This document shows, piece by piece, positions 1 to 12,816 of a DNA stretch of 64,000 nt (positions are counted from its first letter, which is position 1; every line of letters begins with the position of its first letter). This DNA comes from Pocillopora damicornis (Eukaryota). The stretch lies in NCBI RefSeq assembly GCF_003704095.1, contig NW_020846595.1, forward strand, positions 124,001 to 188,000, given 5' to 3'. A model generated the notes under the pieces. That model saw nothing but the letters and a program-made list of their open reading frames with translations. It made no database searches and had not been told where the DNA came from. The position numbers were made by a program, and so were the translations under genes.

Positions 1-2691
1 GGTTACTGACATGCTCAGTATTCCCAGCGAAGTCAGAGCGGGATTTGGCTAAGAAATAAATTCGTAAGTTGCTAATGCATCTCCCATGAAAAATCGCATT
101 ACAGTAAACGTACTATCACAGCGGAAAAGGAAATTAAAACAGTAGTGCGATGATGTATGTTTTCACAGGTCAGTAAATGGAAAGTATAATAAAGGAAAGG
201 AAAATATTGATCATAGTAAGTGACAGACTAATTCTTGAAGAGGAAACATGTAAAGAACTCTCGATGATAAATATTGTGAGAGATAAATAGTCATTAGCGA
301 GCTACGGATGGCGATTTTTTTCCGCTGGGAGAAAATTCAATCTCGTATTAATGCAATATTTGAAATTTTGCTGAAGCGATAAAACGACAGAAAACATTCG
401 AAATGAAAAGAATTCTGCGAATGCTCGATCAAAGCTGCTAGACTTACAATAACAGTAAAATTCTCCATATTGTTTAAACAAACTATAATCGCGAGTGGAT
501 TTCTGTGTTTGAAAAAGCTTACGCATTATGTACATATGTTTTTATCTGGCAAACAGACTTGTACGGCCCTGGTGACTTACATGACAACATCAAGTTGTGC
601 TGCAGGCAGATAAAATCGATCGATACAGACCAGAAATTTATTGTGACGCCGCAAGAGGTATTTTACAACAAAAGCCCGTTACTCTGCGAATTATTTACCA
701 GGTATACGAAGAAAACTCCAGGGAAATAACTTAAACGAACAGCAGTACGTTTGATTAAGGCCTTGTTCTCCAAATAAATGGAGCAAACTCGCCTATAAGC
801 TGGATAATGCGAAATAAACACGACCATTCCGTAATTTTCCCAAGCTTTCGCATTGTCATGCAAAATTACTCTTCACAACTAACCTTGTCACACTTGAATT
901 TCAAGAATGCTTGCCCTTCTTGCGACATAAAACAGAGATATAATTTATATCTTACCTTCAGTACTTTTCCCTTGTGTATTTCCCATTTGCCCACAAGTAA
1001 AATCAACACTATAAAACAGATGAGGGCATCCAACTACCGCATCTTAACACTGACGTTGGTCTGTCTCTCACTAGTCCTGAGTCCCAACCTGTCAAACGCT
1101 ACCCATGCTGTTTATGCGCAAACAATGAGTCCCAATATAAATAATTAATGTGTCGGATTACCTAAAAGTATGTAAATACAACAAGGGAACAATTCTTATA
1201 AAAATCTTGTAAATATTTCGTTTTTTGAGGATGAAATGAAGAATTTTCATCAGTCCATCGAGTACGAACGAGTTTCGTTTCGTGATGGGATATCATGCGC
1301 ACGAGTGTTACGATATTGACAGCCTGCGGTTAAGTGAGTTCTTAAGAAAGTTATTTCTTGCAAACTTGCTTCCAGATCAATATCCTGCAAACATAACTCC
1401 CCAGTGACGCAGTGAGGCTGTTGGGATAAATTAAAGGGTTTTTATTTTCCAACTCCAAGAGGTGCGTGTTTCCACTCCTCTAGCGTGTTATCACAGCGAT
1501 AACAGGATAACATAATCGTTCTGACCTCAAATGGTATAAACTACTCATGCACTAACTCGTTCTTAAAATAAAATTAATTATTGTGAGACATTTCTTCATA
1601 AAATATGGCATATCGTTGTTCAATCTTGGTATTTTAATTGCCTGCATATTTAGCTTCTTGAAACATAAGTTTTTTACTGACTCCATCTTAACCTTGCTGT
1701 GGAATCGATTTTTTTCCGAGAGTTTCTATTTTTAGTATCGACGAAACAAAAGTCGATTTTCAGCGCAAAAAGATCATTTTTGACTCCACAATTCTTAGTC
1801 AAACATGCAATTTAAGTAACTTCGAACTTAGCAAATAGTTTGCCAATACAGAGCAATTTTGCAAAGATGCACAAAGTTCAAATATTTCAGACCAAGAGTA
1901 ACATTTTATTTTATTGGACTGAAGTTACGGAAGCAGTCAACCGCATCAACAATATTGGTACACATCCGTTTCTTTTTTTCCAACTTCACTTTTCCACACC
2001 AGTTTCTCTAATTTGTCATTTCCATGTCTCGTTAATGTTTCGTAGATGCTGGTTGATCAATATTTGTGACGAGAATCAGGAAAGGTGGACTAAGGTACTA
2101 TGTGAATTAGGCGTGGCAAACAATAAACCATTTTATAAAACAGTGAACCTTTGATCAGTTTCGTATTGATTAACTTTCTATAACTTTGTGTATAAATATC
2201 GATACAAAGCAATATCGCGGTATTGCCGATTTCCGTAATTCTACAAATATTGTACCGAAGCCTAAAAATTTGCAACGGTGGACAGAATTACATGAACAAT
2301 TGATATTAATACGACAACTACAGAAAAATTCATTCACATGGCAATTATGCTTAAGACTTCACTCTCTACCGGTTTGCCGGTGTCGGTAATAACCCACGCA
2401 GGATGTTGGAAGAACACGAAAAATGTTTGCAAATCACAGGCTTGAGGGTAGCGATTTGCACAATTTTCGAACGCTTTTATAAAAATAAACTGTAGGCTCA
2501 CTTAACAGGTACATTGAACGATAGGTTTTTTTTGGCCCAAAAAAAAAAAAAAAAGGAGTTGGTCGTATCTCTGTTGTTTTAAAGAATTTTGTCGTTTGTG
2601 GTTGATTGCAATAAAGCTTTACCCCTTCAGCTGTCGTCTAACAATCGTATCTCTTGTGTCTCTTAGACTGGTATAGCCGTAGTCGAACTTG

Positions 2692-2899
2692 GTATTAAGT
2701 GAATAAAGGGGTTAACTGAGTTTCTAAAGAAACTATGATGCTGGGTCGGTGGGTGAGTATAACTGGGTAATTTAGTGTTATCAACTGACAATCGCTCTGA
2801 CGAAGGGCTAACGCTCGAAACGTCAGCTTTTAAGCTCTTCACGCTGGCCAATTTACGCTTTCAACTCGGTCGATAATAGAAAATTACCCTCGTATTAAG
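2692..2899 (+). mobile_element. Penelope-type short element with hammerhead motif, flanked by an 8-bp direct repeat
   Basis: GTATTAAG occurs at 2692-2699 and 2892-2899. An internal imperfect inverted repeat (2765-2788 / 2866-2889) brackets the hammerhead core. Confidence 0.65.
2794..2827 (+). ncRNA. Minimal type I hammerhead ribozyme motif
   Basis: GCT-CTGACGA-A-GGGC(TAAC)GCTC-GAAA-CGTC-AGC: CUGANGA and GAAA core, stem II GGGC/GCUC, short stem I GCU/AGC, and a palindromic ACGT stem III as in Penelope-associated dimeric hammerheads. Confidence 0.7.
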
Positions 2900-3845
2900 C
2901 GGTTACCGACGGAGAATGGCGAGGTGACCGCTGAATACAGGTTGTCCGCTAAATACGTATTCCACAGAATAGGGGTATGGTATTGTAAAAAATTTCATTT
3001 TATGCCATAACTAACCACTTAATTTACAAATTCCTCGCTCAAAAATACTACAAGCTTGATTTCAGAAGATAAACATGGGTTAAATATACTTGAAAGCTTG
3101 TGCTTAGTTTTATTTGAGTGGTGGCGCTTCAAAAGACCGTTCAATACAGGCAGAAGGTATTTAGAAACAAGCCTTGGAATAAAGGATGACCACAACCACT
3201 TAACAGAGGTGAAAAGCACAGAGTTTAAGGGGAAAGAATTTCGGGACATTGACGATTGACCGCTTGGTGTAGGGGTTAAAAATTTGAATTAGCACCCCTT
3301 ACTTTCCTTCCATATGGGATTCGTCACAAGCGGGACGGCTCGACTGTTCTACGCATGTCACTTGTCATCCGCAGTCACTCAATAATTGATTTGTATGAGG
3401 TTTGAATAACTGAACTTGGCCGCGGAATTAATGAGTCAAACCAGAAAGAGCTCGAGGTTTGACCGTATTTGTCAGTTGAACGAATAACCTTTTAATCAGT
3501 GGTTACTTCTCGTTAGACAAATTTGAGGGGAAAATTGATCGATCTGTGGCCTGTTTCTCGAAGGCTCGGAAACTTAGCGGGCAGAATGTCATTTTAAAAA
3601 AACTAAATGTTAGGAAAACTAATGAAGTTCTCTGATCTAAAACCCGTCTACTCTCTTTAATTTCCTGATATTTTTTATTGCTTTAATTCCAAAAATATTC
3701 ATATTTCTATCTGCAATGTACGGCAAACAAAAGACATCTTTAGTTTCCGGGACCGGTAATAGTTGAGAATCTCGTAAAACGGGCCTAAGGGACTGATAAA
3801 TGGCAAAATCGGATTTAAAAACATTCATTTTAGTATACAATACAC

Positions 3846-4085
3846 NNNNNNNNNNNNNNNNNNNNNNNNNNNNNNNNNNNNNNNNNNNNNNNNNNNNNNN
3901 NNNNNNNNNNNNNNNNNNNNNNNNNNNNNNNNNNNNNNNNNNNNNNNNNNNNNNNNNNNNNNNNNNNNNNNNNNNNNNNNNNNNNNNNNNNNNNNNNNNN
4001 NNNNNNNNNNNNNNNNNNNNNNNNNNNNNNNNNNNNNNNNNNNNNNNNNNNNNNNNNNNNNNNNNNNNNNNNNNNNNNNNNNNNN
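3846..4085. other. Assembly gap (others at 9529-9628 and 14128-14172)
   Basis: Runs of N. Confidence 1.
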
Positions 4086-4256
4086 GATAATAGTCACTTC
4101 GAAGAGAGCTTTGGTGTAAGGCAGTTTTATTCACCCCTAAGAAGAATTTTTCTGAATAAATAAAATAGATTCAACTACTGATGTAAACAGGAGGGTTTCG
4201 CGCGAAATATCTAGAAAAAGGTTCTAGAAATAGTCAACATTTCAAATGCGACAAAT

Positions 4257-6295
4257 CTATCCAATGATAGCTGGCTCAATTTCAGTTATACTTGCACATT
4301 TCCACTTGGCAGTCAACACGGTAAGTTGTTCATCTTCTTCGGTGTCTCCCTCTTGGATCTTTTCCTCCAAAACGTATTCCCCGTGTTGTTCACAACCGAT
4401 ATCAAACCGATATTTGCCCACGCCCTGGAGGTTATCATCCAAGAAATTTCCCATGTATCTGTGATTGGAGTGAACGAGTTCTCCCGTGCCGTCACGCTTG
4501 CCGTGTACCCACGATCCTTTGTACTTGGTCCCAGTCGCTGAGTACGTGTACACGCCCTGGCCGTGCCTCTGATGCTCGTACCAGTCACCCTCGTAAGTGT
4601 CCCCATTCACGTAGTAGTAAATCCCGTGGCCATTTCTCCGATCTTCCACAAAGCCACCCTCGTATCGCGAGCCGTCTGGGTACCAAAACGTGCCCTGGCC
4701 GTGCTTTTTGCCTTTGACATACTCGCCGACATATTTGGCACCGTTCTTGAAGCGGTACGTACCATTGCCGTGTCTTTTTCCGTGTTCGTACTGCCCTTCG
4801 TACGTATCTCCGTTTGGCAGGGTGGCTTTACCGTAGCCATGGCGTTCTTCATTCTCGTTTCGATCACCATCGTACTCCTACAGAAATGAATTAAGAAAAT
4901 AAAACGTAATACAGTAATCAGATTCGTCGAATGACCTTTGAACTGTATGTGGCGCTCATTTTTAGAAGCTCTGAGGGAAGGGTGGTCTGGAAAGTTTATG
5001 TCATAAAACTCCCCATGGGATATCCTGCTCACAGCGAGAGGAAGACCCTTTCGGGGAGCAGGATATTTGAACCGGCCGGGAGCCGGATATCTGAACCGTG
5101 GGGTCCCTTAACTAGAGTTCCAAGTTCATCACGTTAGTGAAGGCCTGACTTAATTTCGCTCCGTAAGAAACCAAAAGATTACGTAACATGTCGTTAAGCT
5201 TAAATGTCCTTCTTCAATCTCAAAGGGGTAACCACAAGCGTCAAACAGTAAGCAATCATGCGTAGAAACAAACCACTTCACAAGCTACAAGAGATATTTC
5301 ATGATAAACTTGAGATGCTGAATCGGCTGAAATGTATCCTCATTCATTCACATGCTCCGCTCTTATCTGTCGATTATCGTTTTAATCATCGCGAGAGAAA
5401 GATCACATACAGTTTCTTAGAAAAGCTTATAAGTCAATTGACAATTTTAATAGTTTTATAAAATATTAGCCATAATTATGTGCCTCTACGAGCAACAAGA
5501 AAAATGTACTTTACAAAAAGTGTCATCGGTAAAAATCACTTGAAAATCCCTTGTACATCGATCACTTTAACATGAAAGCGAGTAAAAGCATAGCAGTGTA
5601 ATTTGAAAAGCTTTCAGTTCGAGCGTCTCAACTAAGTTGACGCTTGGTACAGATTAACATCCGCTGAGGAGGGCAAAGCTATTGAGAGAGTTTAGTGGGT
5701 GGCTGTATTTGTTTATCAACATCGCTGTGGTATGTTGACTTTGACTGAAGCCAATTACTTTGCAAATTAAGTATGCACAAATCGCTGTTCCCTGCCGGGA
5801 TATTTTTTTTGCATATTTAGTTATGACTGAAGAATGGCTAACTCGGCTGTGAAATAGTCTTTCGTCAAAGTTTTCTTCCTTTGATTAAAAGAGAGACTGA
5901 AAATTGCACAGAACTAAATGATACTTTCTTAGCTTAGATTGTCAGTCGACAATGAAAACCATAAGCTGTCAAATACTTATAATTTAGCGATCGATGCTGT
6001 CATTTCGATAAAATTGAAATGAAAGTTCAAAGACTTGACAGTTGACATTCGCAAGGTTTGCGTCGATTAAAGTTTATCAGTTTCAACACATTACGAAATT
6101 TCGGAGATTTAAGAACGAAAAGAGAGAAAGAAGACTGATAAAGGACGGAGCAAATTTTAGGCAAATAGAGTGACAGCTTTTGACAATTCAATTTTCGCAT
6201 ATTAACCGAAAAAATTGCCGTTTAAACCCGCTCTTACTTACCCCAAGATTGATGCCTTCATCTTCTTCGAATTCTTCCGATCCAATATCAGACAT
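4257..6295 (-). CDS. RSPH1: Radial spoke head 1 homolog (MORN-repeat ciliary protein), 2 coding exons, about 224 aa
   Basis: Exon 1 is 6295-6242 ([18 protein letters not shown], donor GGG|GTAAGT). Exon 2 is 4877-4257 (acceptor ttctgtag|GAG; [28 protein letters not shown]...YPDGSRYEG...[11 protein letters not shown]...[15 protein letters not shown]...PAIIG*). Tandem MORN repeats; the N-terminus and GCEQHGEY motif match vertebrate RSPH1 as I recall it. Confidence 0.95.
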
Positions 6296-6396
6296 GTTGA
6301 TCTATGTGAGGAAAGTAAACGGCAAGGTCTTGTTCGTGTTAAAAGCACGGCAAATATTAGTTCGATTTGTGTTTGCAGCGGCTCATTGTATCTTGA

Positions 6397-6410
6397 GTTG
6401 CCCTAGCAAC
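6397..6410. promoter_or_regulatory. RFX X-box upstream of RSPH1
   Basis: GTTGCCCTAGCAAC is a near-perfect palindromic X-box about 100 bp upstream of the RSPH1 ATG. A degenerate second site (TAACCGATGGTTAC) lies at about 6485-6498. RFX control of ciliary genes is well established. Confidence 0.8.
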
Positions 6411-7726
6411 CATTTGAATAAAGTCGAATTTGAAAGTCAAATGCGGTTCTTTGCCTCCAATAGGGAGGCGGTCTAAGTCCAAACTAACCGATGGTTACCT
6501 TTTGTACGTGACAATTCGAAAGATTGCAAACCTGTTGTGGAATCGAAACAGCAGGCTCAAGGAACTGGTATTACTGGCATTGACCATTTTATCGAACTTC
6601 GCTTTCACAAAAAAAGGTACTTTCAAATTCTGCTCATTTTGAAATATTCATATATGTACAGGAAACCAAGAGAAAGTAATGTCCCATAATTCTCTCTTGG
6701 GGAAACCTGATCATTCTCTCCTCCGGCGTCAGGCATTTACCATACATTTATAAAAGAAGGAAGAAAGGATTACCGTTTCCAGAGACGGAGGTTGGAAATA
6801 AGGGAGTTTGTAGATAGAAGTTTGGCTGGTATGGGTTGTATGACTTCTTTATTTACTCACTAGCTAATACCTTAAAAAAAATTGTGATGATCCGTGAGTA
6901 GAGGGCATATATTCACTAGGGAAAGAGGGGGAGGTGATCGTGGTAGGGGAAGTTACATCGACGAGGGGGCTCATCACATACCAAGCGAGGTTTGTTTCGC
7001 TTTGTTTCTCTTTTGGAATCGGAGTAACTGAATCCGCAAGATTAGGCAACGTTTCAAAACCATCTCGAGATGTTTTGCTTTCATATGTAAAACAAAAGTG
7101 TCACAACTTTCACAAATAAACCGTGACATGTTGTTCATGACCACGAGAAAAAAAAAAGGTTATGGAATTTCACAATTTTTCGTCATGCCTAGGGTGTCTT
7201 TGTTGACTTGAAGGGTTTTAACCGCCAATAACTGTCTGTAGAAACATAACCGCAAGTTTTTCAGCTTAAGTTTGTTAACAATAGGTCCATGAAGTCGATC
7301 TGAAACAGTTTACCTATGTTTTTTGGCCTTGCACGGAGCAGGAAAACAAACGGATTTTGTCTGAGTGGATCAGTCATGGCTTAAAAGCCTTGGCAGCACA
7401 CCCTTAGAAACCCCTGCCGCTCCGCCTTGCCCCTCCCCCAGGTCCGTAGACTTCGCTCTTTACTTTCTTTCCCGCTAAGTTTGTGCGATATCAGAATATT
7501 ATTGTTTTACTCATTAGAACCTTCTAAACGTTGTGATACAACTGTAGTCCAAAGAGCACGAGTACTGCAGTCGCCTTCTTATGAGCTTCCGCTCCTATGT
7601 TTTTATTTGCTTTTTAATCGCATATTTCATCAAAGTAAATATCACTTTTCATTCCGTAGATACGTCATATCAACCGCTCACGAGAGACGACTTTTCTGTG
7701 GGTTGCCGTTACGCGTGAAATACACG

Positions 7727-10700
7727 ATGCTTCCTAAATGGCTGTTTCTGCTCCTTTCACTTTATTTCGCTGTGCAGATGGAAGCTGGATCGAGTTTGGG
7801 TAAGAGTCTTTATCAGTGCTTTAAGATCAAGCTCTTATGATGCGTGCGACACAAATATATTATAAAAGAAGACAGCCTTGACACCAACGTCATGCCAATT
7901 CTCGGCCAATCTTTTCCTCAAGATTCGACTTAAACTTCCCCTAATTAAGTTTTTCAGTGTTCCTATTGAGCAAATGGCTGTGTCATTCCCTTTTCATTCG
8001 CTCTAACTGAAGTTCATCGCAGAAAATTTGCCATCTCCTTTGATTTTTTCGGATGTCTTCAATCGACCAATAGCCTGCGTGTCGGCGTTAAGGATTCAAG
8101 TCCGAGGAATGTTTTGATTTCGCTTATGGTTTGTATGTTTGATTTCAACATTTTGATCTTAAACTGAATGTTTCATCGTCTTCGAAGCAATTTCATGTCA
8201 CTCTGGGCAATTTTCCGCTTTCATCGTTTCCTTAGCATTTTTTTTATGCGCACGCCTTTTGCGTCGCACAGCTAAAGCTGTGTTGTGTTCTTTTCCCTGT
8301 GAACGGCCACGAAAATTCAGACTTAATTTCTTGACCCTTACGACACCACAAACGATTATCGCCTTTTTCCGAAAAGCTTCGATCAGATACTGATTAACGA
8401 TATGCAGTAAAATGATCACAGGCTGTACACCGCCGCGAAAATTAAAACCTGTTTTCTTGACCTTCTCAGCGCCGTCCAATTCCCAAATGAGAAGGGATTG
8501 ACGAGATTCAGGAAAATAATCACAACCTCGTTAATTTGGTTAGTTCTAGTTTTTAAATTATAAATCAACGAATAAATCGATTTCGAAGAATTATTTTTAT
8601 TAATATCGTGTCGAAATGGGATGTGTTCGTTGTATGGTTTTAAAGAAACCTCGAAGACAAGATACTTGAGGTAATTTCATTTTCGTTGCCATTGTGGGAA
8701 CTGTCGCTGGGGTCAGAAAAATTATAGTCACTCAATCACGCCGTGTAAGTGTCACATAATCATAGCGTCACGGGATAAGAAAGTTCAAATTAATAGACAG
8801 GAAACTACCTAGGAATTAGCCATTTATCATCTTTAGACGTACATTCTTTATACTGTCTTGGAGAAAAAGAAAATCACTGCGTCAATATGCTATTCTTCAA
8901 AGGTCAGCGTGGGTATGATTGATGATGGCTAATTTTTAGAGGGGAGGGGAAGGGGGAGGGGCACTTGAATAAAGTGTGGGTGGGGTACCAGTGTGTCATG
9001 GAAGACCTTAGAACTTTGATCATCCGTTCATTTTGCCATTCTGTTTAAGACATTAAGTTTTATAAATTGTGGCATATCGACCTTAGGCAGCTAAGGCGAG
9101 CACATTGATCGAAGAATAATTTTTATAGCTAAATGTAAAAACAATTCCGTAAGGACCACACACCGTCAAGTTGACAAGCAGTTCAGAGCTTCCGATCCTT
9201 CAAGAGGGTAATAGTAAATTGATCACGTGCTCTTAGATCGAATATGGCATTTTATCATCGCAATATCCCCTACTCGACCGGCCTTCGAGCAGGCCCCTGA
9301 TATTTTTAGCGCTGCAGCACCTGCGGTTCTTCACCTGCGGCCTTGAGCAAGAGGGTCTTAATAGGTTTAACCAATAACCGTAAAACGACCAAAAAATTTA
9401 TACGGTAGGCGTAAAAATTGACAAATTTTAACCTTTAGTCGTAAACAATGTTAACCGTTAAAAACAAAATCTAGTACAAAAATGGCACGCGTTAGCCGTA
9501 CAATGGCCACAATTCTAACCGTTAGCCGNNNNNNNNNNNNNNNNNNNNNNNNNNNNNNNNNNNNNNNNNNNNNNNNNNNNNNNNNNNNNNNNNNNNNNNN
9601 NNNNNNNNNNNNNNNNNNNNNNNNNNNNAATGATAACGGCGCCTATGACACTTGACTACAGTGTTCCATAAAATTGTGTCTGAGGTATTTTTTTTCTTTA
9701 CGCTTCTACGTTGCCATCGATTTTCGCATCGCCATACCTAAGTTATCGCAGTAATCAGGTAAGAAAGCGCTCACTGGATTCTAGCAAAAATTCGACGTCA
9801 ATCTTAAGTTAGCACTGTAACTTATAGAGTTTATCAACCATTTGTTTGACCCAATATGTCCTAAACCTTAGCCTTGGCACTTGTGATGTACTTTTAACCT
9901 TTCTTGACGAAGCGCAAGGACAAATAGAAGCTGTTTAATAACAATTTATGTTTGAAAAATGTTGCCATATCTCTGTATGATCACTAAAGCCATCATGACT
10001 AGCTCATTTTTTAAACACTTTGAAGTAGCAGAGGAGAGATCTACTTTGGAAAGCGATAAAAAGTTTTAAGAAGTCTTCCTGCCATTAGATATCTCGTATC
10101 CTCCTTAACTGTTATGATGTAAGATTTCAGTGGCTTATAAATTTGATTAGAATAGATTTTAGAATACAACTTATCACTGATCTCTTCGCTGAAATTCCAG
10201 GGGTCATTGGTTCAATTCAACTTCTCAGTTGGCTGTTTAATCATTTTTTCTCCTCTGTTCGCAACCATGTTGATTTTAAGCATTGATCTCGTAGTACTAA
10301 ATGACCTCATGCGACTGTTCACAATCATTACAAACTTCTCGTGTGATTTATTATTTATATTCAGGTTCCCCAGGTCCCACGCAAACCAGTACGACTCGGC
10401 CACGTCAGACCGCTAAAGGGAAAACTATCGGGCCATTGGAGGTAGTAGGATTCTGTATCCTTGCAGTACTTGTTGCCGTTGTTGCTATTTTTGCCATTTA
10501 TTACGTAGCCTGTCGAAAGCGGGAGGAAGACGAAGGCTCGAACGAGCCGATGGTTGAAGTACCTGCACGTAATTCAGCTAAACCAAAAGAAACGGAAATT
10601 GGAATAACTCACGACGCATTTGTGGGAGACTCAAATAGTCCAACGGAAGCTTCTGTTTTTAAACCGGAAGCCATGGCTCCAGTACCGGAAGTTAAAGTTC

Positions 10701-10798
10701 AAGAACCAGCAGCAAATGCTTCGGAGGTAAAACCAGATAATATGGAAAGTAAAGAAACTGAGGCCGACGTCGATGGCACTCATGACAGTGCGTTGTAA
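7727..10798 (+). CDS. Gene A: small type I membrane protein (signal peptide, short T/S/P ectodomain, TM, acidic tail ending DSAL), about 168 aa
   Basis: Exon 7727-7799 (MLPKWLFLLLSLYFAVQMEAGSSL, phase-1 donor G|GTAAGA) plus exon 10365-10798 (attcag|; GSPGPTQTSTTRP...VVGFCILAVLVAVVAIFAIYYVAC-RKR...EIGITHDAF...HDSAL*). An exon could be hidden in the gap at 9529-9628. Confidence 0.8.
9351..9528. mobile_element. MITE-like repeat with internal TAACCGTA/TAGCCGTA motifs, truncated by the gap; related copy at about 13060-13251
   Basis: GAGGGTCTTAATAGG at the start here is roughly the inverse of CCCTACTGAGGCCCTCT ending the 13.2 kb copy, and both share tagccgta repeats. Confidence 0.5.
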
Positions 10799-11460
10799 GA
10801 ACAAGAAGAAATATTTTGAAATTATTTTGAAACCAACTAGAAAATTCCCTCGACTGGTATCAAAATGTCTCTTTCATCACGAGTTTGCTACAAGGCTACC
10901 GCTCTACATGATGCATAACTTTTTCTGAACATTCCTAGACTTATAAAAGTTTACAACACTAAACCTTTTAACGCTTAAACACCAGGAAGTGATCAATTTG
11001 TACCTTCTTCTTACAATATCTATACATTATTCAACCGACGCGTAATGAAAAGAGACAAACGAACCAGCTAAAGGGTGTTTTCTTGATAAAATACCATATT
11101 CTCTGAACTAGTTCCTTTGGGAAATGTAAGGCAGCTAGAAACGAGAAATACAAATCAAATTTTGGGACGGTAGCCTGCATTACCTGTTGTATTATCCATT
11201 ATATTACTCAGAGTTGTCCTTAGTTCATATAAGGCTGCCACTTTTGGACCCCTGGATGTATTGTTTCAGCATAACTATTGGCATAAATTGAATAAACGAT
11301 CATAATTTTTGCTCTTATGATAACCTGTAATTGGGAATTCTCCTTTTTTCGGGCAGTGCGAAAGCATAGTGTGTTGCGCTGCTAAACTTTTATTCTCTTT
11401 CGAAAAAGAGAGCGGTTAATCACACATATTTAGTCCTTTCAAATGAACCATTATCAGGTT

Positions 11461-11671
11461 TTAACCTTTAACTCCCATGAGTGACCACTTCATAATTTCT
11501 CCTTACAATATCAATACGATATCAAGCAGAAAAGTGACGAGAATAGAGAAATAAATCAATTTAGGGATTATTGTTTGATCCAATACTAAATTCTCCAAAC
11601 TAACATCATGAGAATTGTATAACAGACAGTAAGGAGAATTTTAAATGGCATCTTGAGAGTGGAAGGGTTAA
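11461..11671. mobile_element. MITE with TTAA flanks (piggyBac-like ends)
   Basis: TTAA-CCTTTAACTCCCA...TGAGAGTGGAAGGG-TTAA. Related copies at about 10963-11168, about 11976-12180 (reverse orientation) and about 36806-36956. Confidence 0.75.
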
Positions 11672-12743
11672 AATAGCTGTACCTTGTTTGATCTTTAAAA
11701 GATCGATCGAGTTCATGTGTAGATGTATACTTTGTTTTTTATATATTTTAGCCGTGTAACAATTTTACCTTTTAACCTTTTGTATTTTTACTCATGTACT
11801 CTAATAACGGGACCCCCTTTGATACCAGCGCTTATCACACTGACGGGGTTATCCTTTATAATATTATCATTATCATCATTATTTTCGTTCGCCTTGTGGA
11901 GGGAGAGGGTTTTCACATTACTGCCTCTTACGTTGCCAAGAGGAAAGGTGCCGACAGACTTATATTAGTTCACAATAACCCCTAGCTGACGCCCTAACAT
12001 CAGTATGCATATTCCCCATACATTTCCTTAGGTGCTGACAAGGAGAATTTGTTTAAAGATCAAGAGTTTCTTTAGTTGGTGATCATTTCCTTTATTCTCG
12101 TGATCTTGGTATATGAATCAGGGGTGATGTTGTGAGGAGAAGTTAGATGTTAGTCACTCTTACTGGCGGTACGAAGGGTTCATTGTTATACTATTTACAT
12201 CCTCACGTTTTTTTGCCCATTAAGTCACGTCTTCTATTCTGGTGTGAAGTCCAGTAGTTAAAAATATTTTGTAAGAGCAAATGTGTAAATTGTTAGCAAT
12301 AGATATATGATTTTGGAGTTGTTTTCTGTGTATTTTTTATCAGCATCCTAAACAAAAATAGTTCCAGCATAGTTGTAAGCATATGACTGTGCAAAATTGG
12401 GCAATGGTAGCAGCGTAATATGCAATTTTTCTAAGCCTGCTTTCGTTAGAGGCTCATTCCATCGAATACAACCTCATAAAATGCCAAATAGGTTGCGCAG
12501 ACTTCTAATTTATTTAGTATTATTTTTTCTCTTCTATAAACATCTGCGCTTGGAAGGTCGGCGATTGTTAATTGTGTCTACATATGAAATAGCTGATTCA
12601 GGACTCGGTCTGTCTCGTCCCAACCTTTTCTCGTACAGAAAGATGTAGCTTCCTGTCAAAAGAAAAACAAACTGGGTCATGTAGATCATGGCTAACAACA
12701 TGCAGACGGCCGAATTACCGGATTCGCCAATGTATGATGTAAA

Positions 12744-12816
12744 ATGAACTATGAACATTGTTTGACGTCTCTGTTCGTCTCTTTCCTACTGGGAAATCTC
12801 AGTTTTGTTGCGAAAG
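12744..12816 (+). CDS. Gene B distal alternative signal-peptide exon (SP1)
   Basis: MNYEHCLTSLFVSFLLGNLSFVAK, 73 nt, phase-1 donor AAG|GTAAGA. Homologous to 18750-18822. Confidence 0.65.

Noticed and set aside
1-1148. Possible exons at 557-657 and 1020-1148 (MRASNYRILTLTLVCLSLVL... looks like a signal peptide)
   Set aside because: No consistent multi-exon model, no recognisable domain and no paralog in the window; it may be the 3' end or UTR of an upstream gene.
3637-4134. ORFs spanning the N run (also 13893-14454)
   Set aside because: Artefacts of translating assembly gaps.
4246-5032. Overlapping and antisense ORFs over RSPH1
   Set aside because: Shadow frames of the GC-richer coding exon.
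9630-9758. Second signal-peptide exon for gene A
   Set aside because: It has a good donor and weak similarity to gene B's proximal exon region, but no ATG-initiated open frame reaches the donor. Noted only as a possible remnant.
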